DNA of 64,000 nt. Origin: Polyangiaceae bacterium (lineage in GTDB: Bacteria; Myxococcota_A; Polyangia; Polyangiales; Polyangiaceae). Shown one piece after another: positions 30,109-38,581 of this stretch. Made by a program: the position numbers and the translations under genes. Location of the stretch: positions 18,836-82,835 of the forward strand of contig JANRKO010000076.1 in the NCBI GenBank assembly GCA_033763455.1, in the 5' to 3' direction. Positions within the stretch are counted from its first letter, which is position 1; every line of letters begins with the position of its first letter. The notes beneath the pieces were generated by a model. The model did no database searches. It was not told the DNA's origin and saw only the letters and a program-made list of their open reading frames with translations.

Positions 30109-31140
30109 TTAGGTTCGTGATTCCACCAGCAACCGCTCGATAATCTGGATCACGGGCATCGGATAGAGCTCACGCCCGCGATCGTAGTGGTGGTGCATTC
30201 CGGGTGTTGTGTTCACCTCGTTGATAGCACCCCTCGTTTCAGCCAAGGGCAGCTCAATATCGGTCGTGATCACGTCCACGCCGAGCAGGCGTGAGCCGAC
30301 CACCTGCGCCGCTTGCTCCACCTGCTTTACTAGGCTTGGATGGACATGGTTGACGGTGTAGTCGTAGACAGTTCTTAAGCTGGGGCCCACGCGTTCTGCG
30401 CTTGGGATACCCCTTGCCAGTACGGAACCTGGAGCAGGTACGCTCGAAAGATCGAGCTTTTGCGCACGTAGCGTGAAGTCGCAGTTGGCATCTTTCGGTA
30501 TGCCTGCTTGCTCCAGCAAGGTTTCGACGCGGGTATGTCCGTCGGCCCTTAATCGCAGCCCAGTGCGTCGTCGCGTGTGTACGAGCCGTCCGTCAAATAC
30601 GAGTAAGCGAAAGCACTCACCGGGTATCATCTCTTCAATCATCAACTGCTGGCCGTGGATGGAGGCCAGTACCGCTGCCGGGCGTACCTGGGCGGGTTCG
30701 GTGACGTGCAGTGTGACGCCCTGCCCGCCATAGCCGTCTGCGGGCTTGATGACACAGCCGAGAGCGTGTTTTGCGAGAAAGGAGCGGGCCGCGTCCAACT
30801 GGTTCAGATCGAAGGCCAGGTGCGCCGGCACGGGGAGCCCTTCTGCCTGGAGCAGCCGATGCACGAGGGGCTTTCTTACCGCCAGTTCTAGGACCACCGG
30901 ATGGTCGATCGGCAGTAGCTCTCCTACGAGCCGTAGGCGTTGTTGCCCACGCCTCAACTCCCAAATATCGGGACCGAGCTCCAAAAACTCCGCGTGGACG
31001 GCCGTCGCGACAGCACGCCAAAGCGCACGGTACTCATCCACCCGGTCGTACACGTAACCTGTACCGCGCAAGTCGCGAATCTGTTTTTGAAGGCGGCGCG
31101 CGAGCCTTTCAGCCTGGAGAATGCGGCGCGTTTCGAACAT
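30109..31140 (-). CDS. stand-alone ATP-grasp ligase (CphA/GshF ATP-grasp-like)
   Basis: GLPVP, VIKPADGYGGQGVT, IEEMIPGECFRLLV, GVDVITTDI, INEVNTTPG; no Mur-ligase domain. Confidence 0.85.
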   Translation of the reverse strand: MFETRRILQAERLARRLQKQIRDLRGTGYVYDRVDEYRALWRAVATAVHAEFLELGPDIWELRRGQQRLRLVGELLPIDHPVVLELAVRKPLVHRLLQAEGLPVPAHLAFDLNQLDAARSFLAKHALGCVIKPADGYGGQGVTLHVTEPAQVRPAAVLASIHGQQLMIEEMIPGECFRLLVFDGRLVHTRRRTGLRLRADGHTRVETLLEQAGIPKDANCDFTLRAQKLDLSSVPAPGSVLARGIPSAERVGPSLRTVYDYTVNHVHPSLVKQVEQAAQVVGSRLLGVDVITTDIELPLAETRGAINEVNTTPGMHHHYDRGRELYPMPVIQIIERLLVESRT

Positions 31141-31164
31141 CTCAGAGCTTTAACCCGCAGCGAA

Positions 31165-32343
31165 TCAAGCCGTACCGCGAACTGACTTGAGCATCCACAG
31201 CGCCATCTTCTTGGCGAAGCGTTGACCACACACGAGGCCAGGCAAAGGATCCGCTGGGTTCATCCAGGCCGTTTCTTGAACGGTGCCGTAAGACTTCACC
31301 CACTTGAGGACGTCCAGCGTGCCTTCTTTGTAGTAGTTCAAACTGGAGACCAGATCGAAATCCTCGATTACCCAGCGCCGCCCTTCGATGGCGGGGCTCT
31401 CGGGTACGGCTTGGCCTGTAAGATCGAGGTAAAGGGCCCTCGCTACGTCCATGCCATTTTCGGCAACGAAGATCCTCATCGCCTGGCCGAGCCGTGGATT
31501 GATATCCAAGACTTTGTATTGGCCGTCACGTGGATCTAGCCGATAGCCAATATCGAGGATGCCCTGGTAGCCCACCGCCTGCATGAGCCGGATGGTTTGA
31601 TCGGCAACCGTTTGGTTGGTGCGGCACTCCCCGAGTGATGCGCAGCCTTTGTGCACCGGGAATTGGCGCAGCTTGTGGCCTGTATAGCCAGCCAAACACT
31701 TGCTCTGCGCGTTGAAGTACCCGTTGAAGATGTACACCTGGTCGTCATCCCCAGGGATCATTTCCTGCAGCATTAGGTTGGGGACTTCCGGGTCTTCGTA
31801 CTTCTCATACTCCGAGACCAAATCCTCCCGCGCAGCAACGGGCACCATGCGCTCGCCCGTGCGCTCCTGCATGCGATCCCCGCGGATGCCTTTCAGCATG
31901 ACGGGAAAGCGAAGGTCGTCGAGCGCCGCGATGACATCTTCGACGTTCTGAGGAAAAAGCGTGGTCGGCACGGGAACTTGGTGCTCGAGCGCAAGCTCAT
32001 ACATCCGGCGCTTGTCGGCCAAGCCATGCACCAAATCCCCAGAATTATACGGGAAGATGAAGTGCTCTCGAAGGGCTTCCCGGTTGCGCGCGACGAAGAT
32101 CGAAAGCTCGTCGGACGTCGGAATGAGGATCGCTTTTCGCCCGATGTCGCGAGCGATTCGCAGCAGCAGCGCCAAGTAATCCTCGGGGGCGTTGCGATTG
32201 AACTGCTGGATATAGCTCTGCTTGCAGTAGCGCGAACGCAACGCGGGCGAGTCCGGATCGGCCTCAACAGCGTACAGATCAATACCATACGGCCCCAGGC
32301 TACGCAGGATAGCGTAGCCTCCGAGTTGACAGCAGATGATCAC
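31165..32343 (-). CDS. ATP-grasp carboxylate-amine ligase (D-aspartate ligase-like)
   Basis: RSLG, SRY, LIPTSD, QEMIPG, HKLRQFP, DPRDGQYKVLDINPR. The true start is probably a few codons upstream. Confidence 0.85.
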   Translation of the reverse strand: MIICCQLGGYAILRSLGPYGIDLYAVEADPDSPALRSRYCKQSYIQQFNRNAPEDYLALLLRIARDIGRKAILIPTSDELSIFVARNREALREHFIFPYNSGDLVHGLADKRRMYELALEHQVPVPTTLFPQNVEDVIAALDDLRFPVMLKGIRGDRMQERTGERMVPVAAREDLVSEYEKYEDPEVPNLMLQEMIPGDDDQVYIFNGYFNAQSKCLAGYTGHKLRQFPVHKGCASLGECRTNQTVADQTIRLMQAVGYQGILDIGYRLDPRDGQYKVLDINPRLGQAMRIFVAENGMDVARALYLDLTGQAVPESPAIEGRRWVIEDFDLVSSLNYYKEGTLDVLKWVKSYGTVQETAWMNPADPLPGLVCGQRFAKKMALWMLKSVRGTA

Positions 32344-32405
32344 AACTGGGGTAGTTGTGTCGGCAATGGGCGGTCGCTTGGAAGTCAGAGTGGGCTCTAT
32401 TTGGC

Positions 32406-33143
32406 TTAGGATGCGTTGACGTCGACCATCGCTCCGCCCTTGAATATGGGCACCAGCTTAAGATCGTCGATGTTGCTCAGGACGAATTCAAGGTCGAAAA
32501 CCTGACCTGAACGCCGCAAGTAGTCTGCGCTTTTGCCTTCGCGAATTGGTTGCAGATCGGAGTTGTGCCAACGGTCCACCAAGGCACGCGTTTTGTCGTC
32601 TTCAGCTTCGAATCCGGCAGCCAATAGCTTCTCTGCAATCCAGGCGCAACCAAGTTGATCTTCGCGTCGGAACTCGCCGCGTGTACCGGCACCGATAAGA
32701 GCCACCCGATCGTGGTGCCTTGCCAGGTGCTCGGCCATGGCGCTGTAGTTGCGTAGGCACCCGGCGTAGGTGGCGTCGCTATTCTTGGCGTCCAGCAGCA
32801 AAGGTACCCCAGAGGAAGAGGTCAAGATGATCGGCCGCTCCGGAGCCGTGAAAGCCCCACCGTTGACGGTACTCAAAGCGGTTACCAAGACTGGGCTGTT
32901 GGTAAGATCATACCCGTACGGAACGTTCCCGCCGAGCTCACCGACGAGCAGCGGCTTATCGAGCAACCGAGCCATGGCGGCGGCTTCATCGGTCGATCTC
33001 GCGGGATAGATGCGGCGACCCAGACTGAGGGCAGTTAGAAGAGTGGTCGTGGCGCGGATAACGTCCACGGCGACTACTGCGCAGCCTTTGCCATACTTTT
33101 CGGCACTGGCAGCGAAGCAGTCAATAACGACGGTGCGAGCCAT
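32406..33143 (-). CDS. comB: 2-phosphosulfolactate phosphatase
   Basis: VAVDVIRATTT, GELGG...YDLTNSP, LTSSSG, CLRN, EDQLGC. Confidence 0.9.
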   Translation of the reverse strand: MARTVVIDCFAASAEKYGKGCAVVAVDVIRATTTLLTALSLGRRIYPARSTDEAAAMARLLDKPLLVGELGGNVPYGYDLTNSPVLVTALSTVNGGAFTAPERPIILTSSSGVPLLLDAKNSDATYAGCLRNYSAMAEHLARHHDRVALIGAGTRGEFRREDQLGCAWIAEKLLAAGFEAEDDKTRALVDRWHNSDLQPIREGKSADYLRRSGQVFDLEFVLSNIDDLKLVPIFKGGAMVDVNAS

Positions 33144-33175
33144 ACAGCTAATTCCCTTGTGTTTCGAGTAGCGCG

Positions 33176-33985
33176 TTACTTCTTCGGACCGAGCGGCCGC
33201 AGGTTATCGCGTCGGAATGCATCAGAGTGTAGGCCGCGACGATAGATCTCCACGCGCAGCAGCTCTTCCAGCCGAATGTTGCACAAGCCCACTTCCGGAC
33301 CGAAGTGATCCAGCAACGCGAACTGGCTGCGCTTGTTGGGAGCTTCGAACATGAGCTTGCTCATCCCAAGCGCCTCTACTAGCTCGTCCGCGCCGGCAGC
33401 GTTAAACTTCCCGGTGCTGTCGAAAAGGCCTACATCTTGCGCACTTTCGCGAGCTTCTACGACAAGCTCCACAGCGCCCGCACCCAGCCACTCTTTACCC
33501 TCTTCGATCAGCTCCTTGAGCTGTGCGGGGGTCATGGGCCCGGTGTGCTTCTCGCCGATTTCATACTGCACCTCGAGGCCGATCTTCTCGCCCAGCCGAC
33601 AGATCTCTGCGGGCTTGAGATTGGTGTGCGTGAAGCCTTGGCCGGCCTCAAAGCGCGTGAGGCCAACGTCCTTGCACAACTCGAGGTACTTTTCGACGAC
33701 GCCGAAGGTTGCGGCAACCTCAAAGGGCCCGCCGCCCGCGCAGGTCTTCACGCCCAGTCGATTGGCGGCTGCGATCTTCTTGCGAGTGGCAGCTTCGCCA
33801 GCGATTTGCCAGCACGCCATGGAGATCTTGAGCACCGACATGAGATGCGCGCTTTGCTCCAGATGGCTCTCCGTGGTCGCTGGATCGTACCCGGGGTCGA
33901 ATGGGCTGGTCCGCTTCGGGAGCGACCGAACGCCAATCAATTGCAAGTAGGAGTTGAGACTGCCGGTATTGGTGGGTGATGTCAT
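33176..33985 (-). CDS. comA: phosphosulfolactate synthase (divergent)
   Basis: EIGEK, LGAGA..VVEARES, FEAPNKRSQ, GPEVGLCNI, EIYRRGLHSD; adjacent to comB. Confidence 0.88.
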   Translation of the reverse strand: MTSPTNTGSLNSYLQLIGVRSLPKRTSPFDPGYDPATTESHLEQSAHLMSVLKISMACWQIAGEAATRKKIAAANRLGVKTCAGGGPFEVAATFGVVEKYLELCKDVGLTRFEAGQGFTHTNLKPAEICRLGEKIGLEVQYEIGEKHTGPMTPAQLKELIEEGKEWLGAGAVELVVEARESAQDVGLFDSTGKFNAAGADELVEALGMSKLMFEAPNKRSQFALLDHFGPEVGLCNIRLEELLRVEIYRRGLHSDAFRRDNLRPLGPKK

Positions 33986-34150
33986 GGTGTTACTCGACGA
34001 ATCGGTGTTGCAAGGTCAGTGTCGCAGAGCGAAAGGAAGACCCAAGCTCGCGACGTACCATACGGCGACGCAGGCGGAGGACGCAAGAGCCACAACACGT
34101 GTGTACAAATGCGGCTTGCCAAGGATCGCGCCATGGAGCAGCCTCGTGAT

Positions 34151-34186
34151 GATAGGCTCGGGATAGAAAGAAGATAGGCTCGGGAT
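34151..34186. promoter_or_regulatory. 14-bp perfect direct repeat, 22-bp period
   Basis: GATAGGCTCGGGAT at 34151-34164 and 34173-34186, in the divergent comA / ATP-grasp intergenic region. Confidence 0.6.
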
Positions 34187-34211
34187 GAAACAGGCGCTGG
34201 TCGGCTAACAG

Positions 34212-35333
34212 ATGTCACGAGTTCTCTTGTTAAGTGATGAAGAAGCCAGGGGGCTTCTTTGGTGCGCCAAGTCCGGCGGCCACACCGTCTTCGTCGCGGG
34301 GGATGCGGCCAGGAACCGGGCACTTTCGGTGAGCCCCAAGTGCGACGGCTTCTTCGGGCTCCCGCCCGAGCTGTCGTTTGCCGAAGCCTCCCCGGAGCTG
34401 GCCGAGGAAGTGTTGCGGGTGGTTCTCCGCGAAAACATCGAGGTCGTCGTTCCGTCCAGCTTCGAAAGCTTGAAGTTCCTCGTCCTTCACCGCGCGCGCT
34501 TCGAACAGGTCACACGCCTAGTACCCCTGAGCGACCTAAGTATTATCGAAACCCTGGACGACAAGTTCAAGTTCTATGAGTTCTGCGTCGAGCACGGTCT
34601 ACCGCACCCGCGCTCGCTCCTATTAGCAAGCGCCGAGGATCTCGAGAGCGGGCAGATTGAGAGCCTGGAGTTTCCGTTGCTGTCAAAGCCGTTGCTCGGT
34701 GCGGGGGAAAAAGGAATTGAGAAGTTCGAATCGCTTTCCGCCCTGCGTTCACGCGTCAAGAACGCGGAGCCTGGTTTTTTCCCGGTGCTGATTCAGGAAT
34801 GGTTTGAAGGCGAGGACATCGACTTCAATGGCTACGCCCTGCACGGAAAGGTGGCCGTGTGGTCGGTCATGAAGACGACCTATTTCGGCCCATCGGCAGA
34901 GCCCGTTCGCTTGACGCAATTCGTGCGCAACGAACGCGTGGAAGCCCTGGGTCGGCAGATCGTCGAGCGGGCAGGGTTCACGGGCCCACTCAACGTGGAC
35001 ATGCGCATTCGCAAGAGTGATGGGCAGGTCCTTCTTATCGAAGTCAATCCGCGATTTTGGCACCGGAGCGTCACCTCGCTCATCGACGGGCTCAATTTCG
35101 TGGATGCTGCGATTCGGCTCAGCACCGATCCGGCGTGGCGTGCCAGTTCCAAGTGCGAAGAGGTCGAGTGGGCGTCGAGTATCGGGTTGTTGCTGCGCTC
35201 CGCGATACTGCAGCGGAACAAGGAGGCCTGGCAGCATTTGTCCCGGTTGAGCGGCGTGCAGCTCAGGTATCAGTTGCATGATAAGGCCGTGAACCTGTTG
35301 GCTCGGGCACGCGCGACGCTGCGACCGGCGTAG
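34212..35333 (+). CDS. ATP-grasp domain protein
   Basis: DDKFKF...GLPHP, LSKPLLGAGEKGI, LIQEW, GPLNVDMR, LIEVNPRF. Confidence 0.85.
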   Translation: MSRVLLLSDEEARGLLWCAKSGGHTVFVAGDAARNRALSVSPKCDGFFGLPPELSFAEASPELAEEVLRVVLRENIEVVVPSSFESLKFLVLHRARFEQVTRLVPLSDLSIIETLDDKFKFYEFCVEHGLPHPRSLLLASAEDLESGQIESLEFPLLSKPLLGAGEKGIEKFESLSALRSRVKNAEPGFFPVLIQEWFEGEDIDFNGYALHGKVAVWSVMKTTYFGPSAEPVRLTQFVRNERVEALGRQIVERAGFTGPLNVDMRIRKSDGQVLLIEVNPRFWHRSVTSLIDGLNFVDAAIRLSTDPAWRASSKCEEVEWASSIGLLLRSAILQRNKEAWQHLSRLSGVQLRYQLHDKAVNLLARARATLRPA

Positions 35334-35350
35334 GCATTGGCTATTTGAGG

Positions 35351-36469
35351 ATGCGATCCGCTTTCGTGGGCAGAGCACTGACAGTCTTTCAGCGGTTGAT
35401 GACCGCATTGGAGCGAGTGAGCGCGCCCGGGCTGCTGTTCACCGCCGCAGCCTTTCTACTGCTCACGTTGTTTCCTTGGATGCCCTTGAATCCGTTCGCC
35501 GCTTCGCGCTTCGAGGAGGTGCCGGGCGGCGGTATTAGCTTCGAGAAGCCCAGCCTCTTTCGCTCGGCGTGGGCGCCTGATTTTGCGCGATCCGCCGCTA
35601 TGCGCGAGGGCCGGCTCAGCGTGGAGTTCGATGTTCTGCCAACGTTCTTCGAGCAAGATGAGTCCTCGCGCATCCTTTCGTACTCCGCGGACGAGGCGAA
35701 CCCCATCTTCACGATAGCCCAGCGCCGGGGCGATCTGCTGTTGGGCTACAAGAACGACAGCAATTACGTGCTCGGCCTTTTCGAGTCGAACGTTCGCCAT
35801 CACTACGTCCTAGTCCTCGAAGGTGGCCGCGTTCACGTTTACGTAGATGGGGCGCATTGGCGCACCGAGCCGTTCTACGGGAAAGACATTCCTTGGGGTG
35901 AAGGCTTCATCTCCCTGGCCAATGAGATCACCGGGGATCGGCCATTCGTGGGGAACATCTATGGCCTGCGCCTGTTCGATCGGCCGCTGACGCCCACGGA
36001 GGCCTCGGGCCTTTTCCGCCGGGAGGTACCTCCGGTACCGCACCTGGCGCTACGGCATGATGTGAATGGTCAGAAGCTGACCTTCGTAGGGTCAGGCCTC
36101 GCTGATCTTCCGCTCGAAGTTGAAGCTTGGCCGTTTATCTGGAAGTGGCGCTTGCCCCTGCCAGCGCCTGTCACCAATGCGCAATATTGGCTCGACGTTG
36201 TGCTCAATGTCATTGCAACCATGCCTGTCGGCGCCTGGGGCTTGGCATGGCTACTCCGGCGGGGTCGACCAGCCTGGCAAGGGATCCTGATGGCATCTGG
36301 GTTTCAGTTCGTGCTTTCGCTCCTGGCCGAAGCGTCCCAGTTCTTCTCCATGGGCTTCCGCTTTGGGAGCTGGCTCGACGTTGTAGTCAACGTGAGCGGC
36401 GCAGTGCTAGGAGGCGTGCTCTGGTTAGGCCTGACGCGAGGGCTCGCTCGATCCGAAGGCACCCGTTAG
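35351..36469 (+). CDS. membrane protein with LamG/ConA-like domain and VanZ-like C-terminus
   Basis: TLFPW TM; RILSYS, HHYVLV...VYVDG, FVGNIYGLRLFDRPLT; DVVLNVIATMPVG, EASQFF...SWLDVVVNVSG. Confidence 0.8.
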   Translation: MRSAFVGRALTVFQRLMTALERVSAPGLLFTAAAFLLLTLFPWMPLNPFAASRFEEVPGGGISFEKPSLFRSAWAPDFARSAAMREGRLSVEFDVLPTFFEQDESSRILSYSADEANPIFTIAQRRGDLLLGYKNDSNYVLGLFESNVRHHYVLVLEGGRVHVYVDGAHWRTEPFYGKDIPWGEGFISLANEITGDRPFVGNIYGLRLFDRPLTPTEASGLFRREVPPVPHLALRHDVNGQKLTFVGSGLADLPLEVEAWPFIWKWRLPLPAPVTNAQYWLDVVLNVIATMPVGAWGLAWLLRRGRPAWQGILMASGFQFVLSLLAEASQFFSMGFRFGSWLDVVVNVSGAVLGGVLWLGLTRGLARSEGTR

Positions 36470-36481
36470 CGGAGGTAGAAC

Positions 36482-37399
36482 GTGGGTTGGAAACGAAAGT
36501 GGGCACAAGATACCTTGAAGGCGGCGCTGCCGTTTCAAGACTCATTGAGGCAGCTCAAACGCCGCCTCCTTCCATATCAGACCCATCCGGGCTTTGACGA
36601 GTTCACCTTCGAGCAGGGGCTTGAGCAGGTGCGGCTTTTGGCGGAGGCAGGTGCGCCGCTCGCGGGTAGAACGGTGCTTGAGTTGGGCACTGGCTGGCAA
36701 CCTCTAATCCCTCTGCTGTACCGAGTTGCTGGCGCCGCGCACGTAACGCTCACCGATCAGGAGCGTTTGATGGACCCCCACACTGTGGCCAATGCCGCGG
36801 CCTTCTTGCGGCAGCGCCGTGCTCGAATCATCGAATGTCTTGGCTTGACGGAGGTGGACTTCGAAAAGCGGCTTCAGCTGCCTACCACCACGGATCTGAG
36901 CTCGCTGCTCGATCACCTCGACATGAGCTACCTGGTTCCGTACGAGATCGACCGTACGCCGACCGCTTCGGTGGACGTGGTGACCTCTCGCGCCGTGTTG
37001 GAGCATATTCCACCGAAGGTGATCGAGGGGCTCTTGGTCGGCTTCCGGAGGATTTTGAAGCCGGAGGGTGTCACCTGCCATATCGTCGATAATTCCGACC
37101 ACTGGGAACACAAAGACAAGAGCATATCGCGCGTCAATTTCCTCAAGTTCGACGACTGGATGATCGGCGTCTTGGGCCTGAATGTGCAGAATTACCAGAA
37201 CCGGTTGCGGCACTTCGAGTACTTGGAGTTGGTGCGTCGCGCGGGGTACGATGTGATCAAAGAGGTGGGTGTCGTAGATGAATCCGCGCTTGCCGCCGTC
37301 TCGGGTCTGAAGTTATGTGCGCGCTACGCTGACCGTTCGCCACAAGAGCTTGCGATTCTCACGTCTTACATCGTGGCACGGGTGCGCCCGCAAGCATGA
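36482..37399 (+). CDS. class I SAM-dependent methyltransferase
   Basis: VLELGTGW, VDVVTSRAVLEHI, LKPEG, YQNRLR; GGAGG RBS. Confidence 0.88.
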   Translation: MGWKRKWAQDTLKAALPFQDSLRQLKRRLLPYQTHPGFDEFTFEQGLEQVRLLAEAGAPLAGRTVLELGTGWQPLIPLLYRVAGAAHVTLTDQERLMDPHTVANAAAFLRQRRARIIECLGLTEVDFEKRLQLPTTTDLSSLLDHLDMSYLVPYEIDRTPTASVDVVTSRAVLEHIPPKVIEGLLVGFRRILKPEGVTCHIVDNSDHWEHKDKSISRVNFLKFDDWMIGVLGLNVQNYQNRLRHFEYLELVRRAGYDVIKEVGVVDESALAAVSGLKLCARYADRSPQELAILTSYIVARVRPQA

Positions 37400-37412
37400 G
37401 CCTACGACGGCG

Positions 37413-38444
37413 TTAGCCCATGTTGGGCAAGGTCAGCCGGGCCTGAAATAGTGCGAGCGGCTCACTCTTATCCATAGCGAGCCTTTGGATGCCGAAGCGT
37501 TGCCCTCGCTGCAACCTACGGTTTATCCCGGTGTCGTTGCTGAAGCCGGCGCCGTAGCCGGCGTTGGCTACAGCCTGGCACAAGTCCGGACGCTCATCGA
37601 TCACAAACCCGACAGGGTACGCAAGCGTGCGCACGGGTTTCCCCAATTCGCTCTCCAGCTTCATTCGGCAACCCAAGAGCTCTTCGCTCAGCTCGGTTGG
37701 CGTGAGGGTTTGCAGGACGCGATGGCTGCGGGTGTGGCCCTCCACGTCCATTCCCGCACTTGAGAGCTCACGAATCTCGTCCCAAGTCATGATAAGCTCG
37801 TCGGCGAGAATGCGTTCTCGCTCCCGGTCGAGCGGCACCTTCGCGCGTTCAGCAAGGTGTGTGACGAAGGTGCGCACGTCGATGCCGTAGGTTTCTTTTG
37901 CCAACCGGAGCAGGAGCGCAATGCTGGCCGTCCGGTCGCTCAAGTCGAGCCGCAGCGGATTCGGGTAGCTCAACTCGATAGCCGCCTCAGTGGTGCTCTT
38001 GAAGACGTAATGGATGATGTCCCACCAGAAGAGGCGCCGTTCCTCGACGTAATCGGTGGCAATAAAGAACGTCGCAGGCAGCCCGTGGCGTTGCAGCAGG
38101 GGAAATGCGACTTTGTGGCAGCTTTTGTAGCCGTCATCGAACGTAATGAGCACAGCGTTGGGTGGGAGCCGGCCGCCCCCAAGCGCAGAAAGTACGTCGT
38201 CTATCCGAACCACACTGCAGTGTTTGCGCAGTATCCTAAGCTGTGCGTCGAAGCTTTCGGCGGTCGCGTCCACAACTTCCGGGTCAAAGGGGTAATCGGG
38301 CCTAACCGTCCCCACGCTGTGGTACGTGAGCACCGTCAGGGATTGCGCGCCGCTCAGCCGCCGAAGACGAAAAGCGGCGTCGAGCGCCCCGAGTCGACCC
38401 AAAGTTGTGGCCAAGAGTGCTTTTTTTCCTCTGATCGGGGGCAT
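37413..38444 (-). CDS. polysaccharide deacetylase (CE4/NodB-like)
   Basis: LTYHSV, ITFDDGY, ATFFI, MTWDEIREL, GHTRSH, AYPVG. Confidence 0.92.
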   Translation of the reverse strand: MPPIRGKKALLATTLGRLGALDAAFRLRRLSGAQSLTVLTYHSVGTVRPDYPFDPEVVDATAESFDAQLRILRKHCSVVRIDDVLSALGGGRLPPNAVLITFDDGYKSCHKVAFPLLQRHGLPATFFIATDYVEERRLFWWDIIHYVFKSTTEAAIELSYPNPLRLDLSDRTASIALLLRLAKETYGIDVRTFVTHLAERAKVPLDRERERILADELIMTWDEIRELSSAGMDVEGHTRSHRVLQTLTPTELSEELLGCRMKLESELGKPVRTLAYPVGFVIDERPDLCQAVANAGYGAGFSNDTGINRRLQRGQRFGIQRLAMDKSEPLALFQARLTLPNMG

Positions 38445-38581
38445 GGAATTTCATGGTTATAGCGGTTTTTTCGAGCGCCGTAGCCCCCATGAGGCTCGGC
38501 TTGGATACCCGAATGCAAAGAAATCCACGCGGTGACTTCGTGTGAATCCTCCCTTGCAGCGCAAAAGTCGCCGTACTAACG

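Noticed and set aside
30109..31140. Cyanophycin synthetase (cphA)
   Set aside because: Only the ATP-grasp part is present (343 aa); no Mur-ligase domain and no cyanophycinase.
32406..33985. Coenzyme M biosynthesis
   Set aside because: No comC/comDE or CoM-using genes in the window; the context is polysaccharide modification.
38501..38518. Sigma-54 promoter (TGG-N10-GC)
   Set aside because: Spacing fits but the TGGCAC/TTGC consensus is poorly matched.
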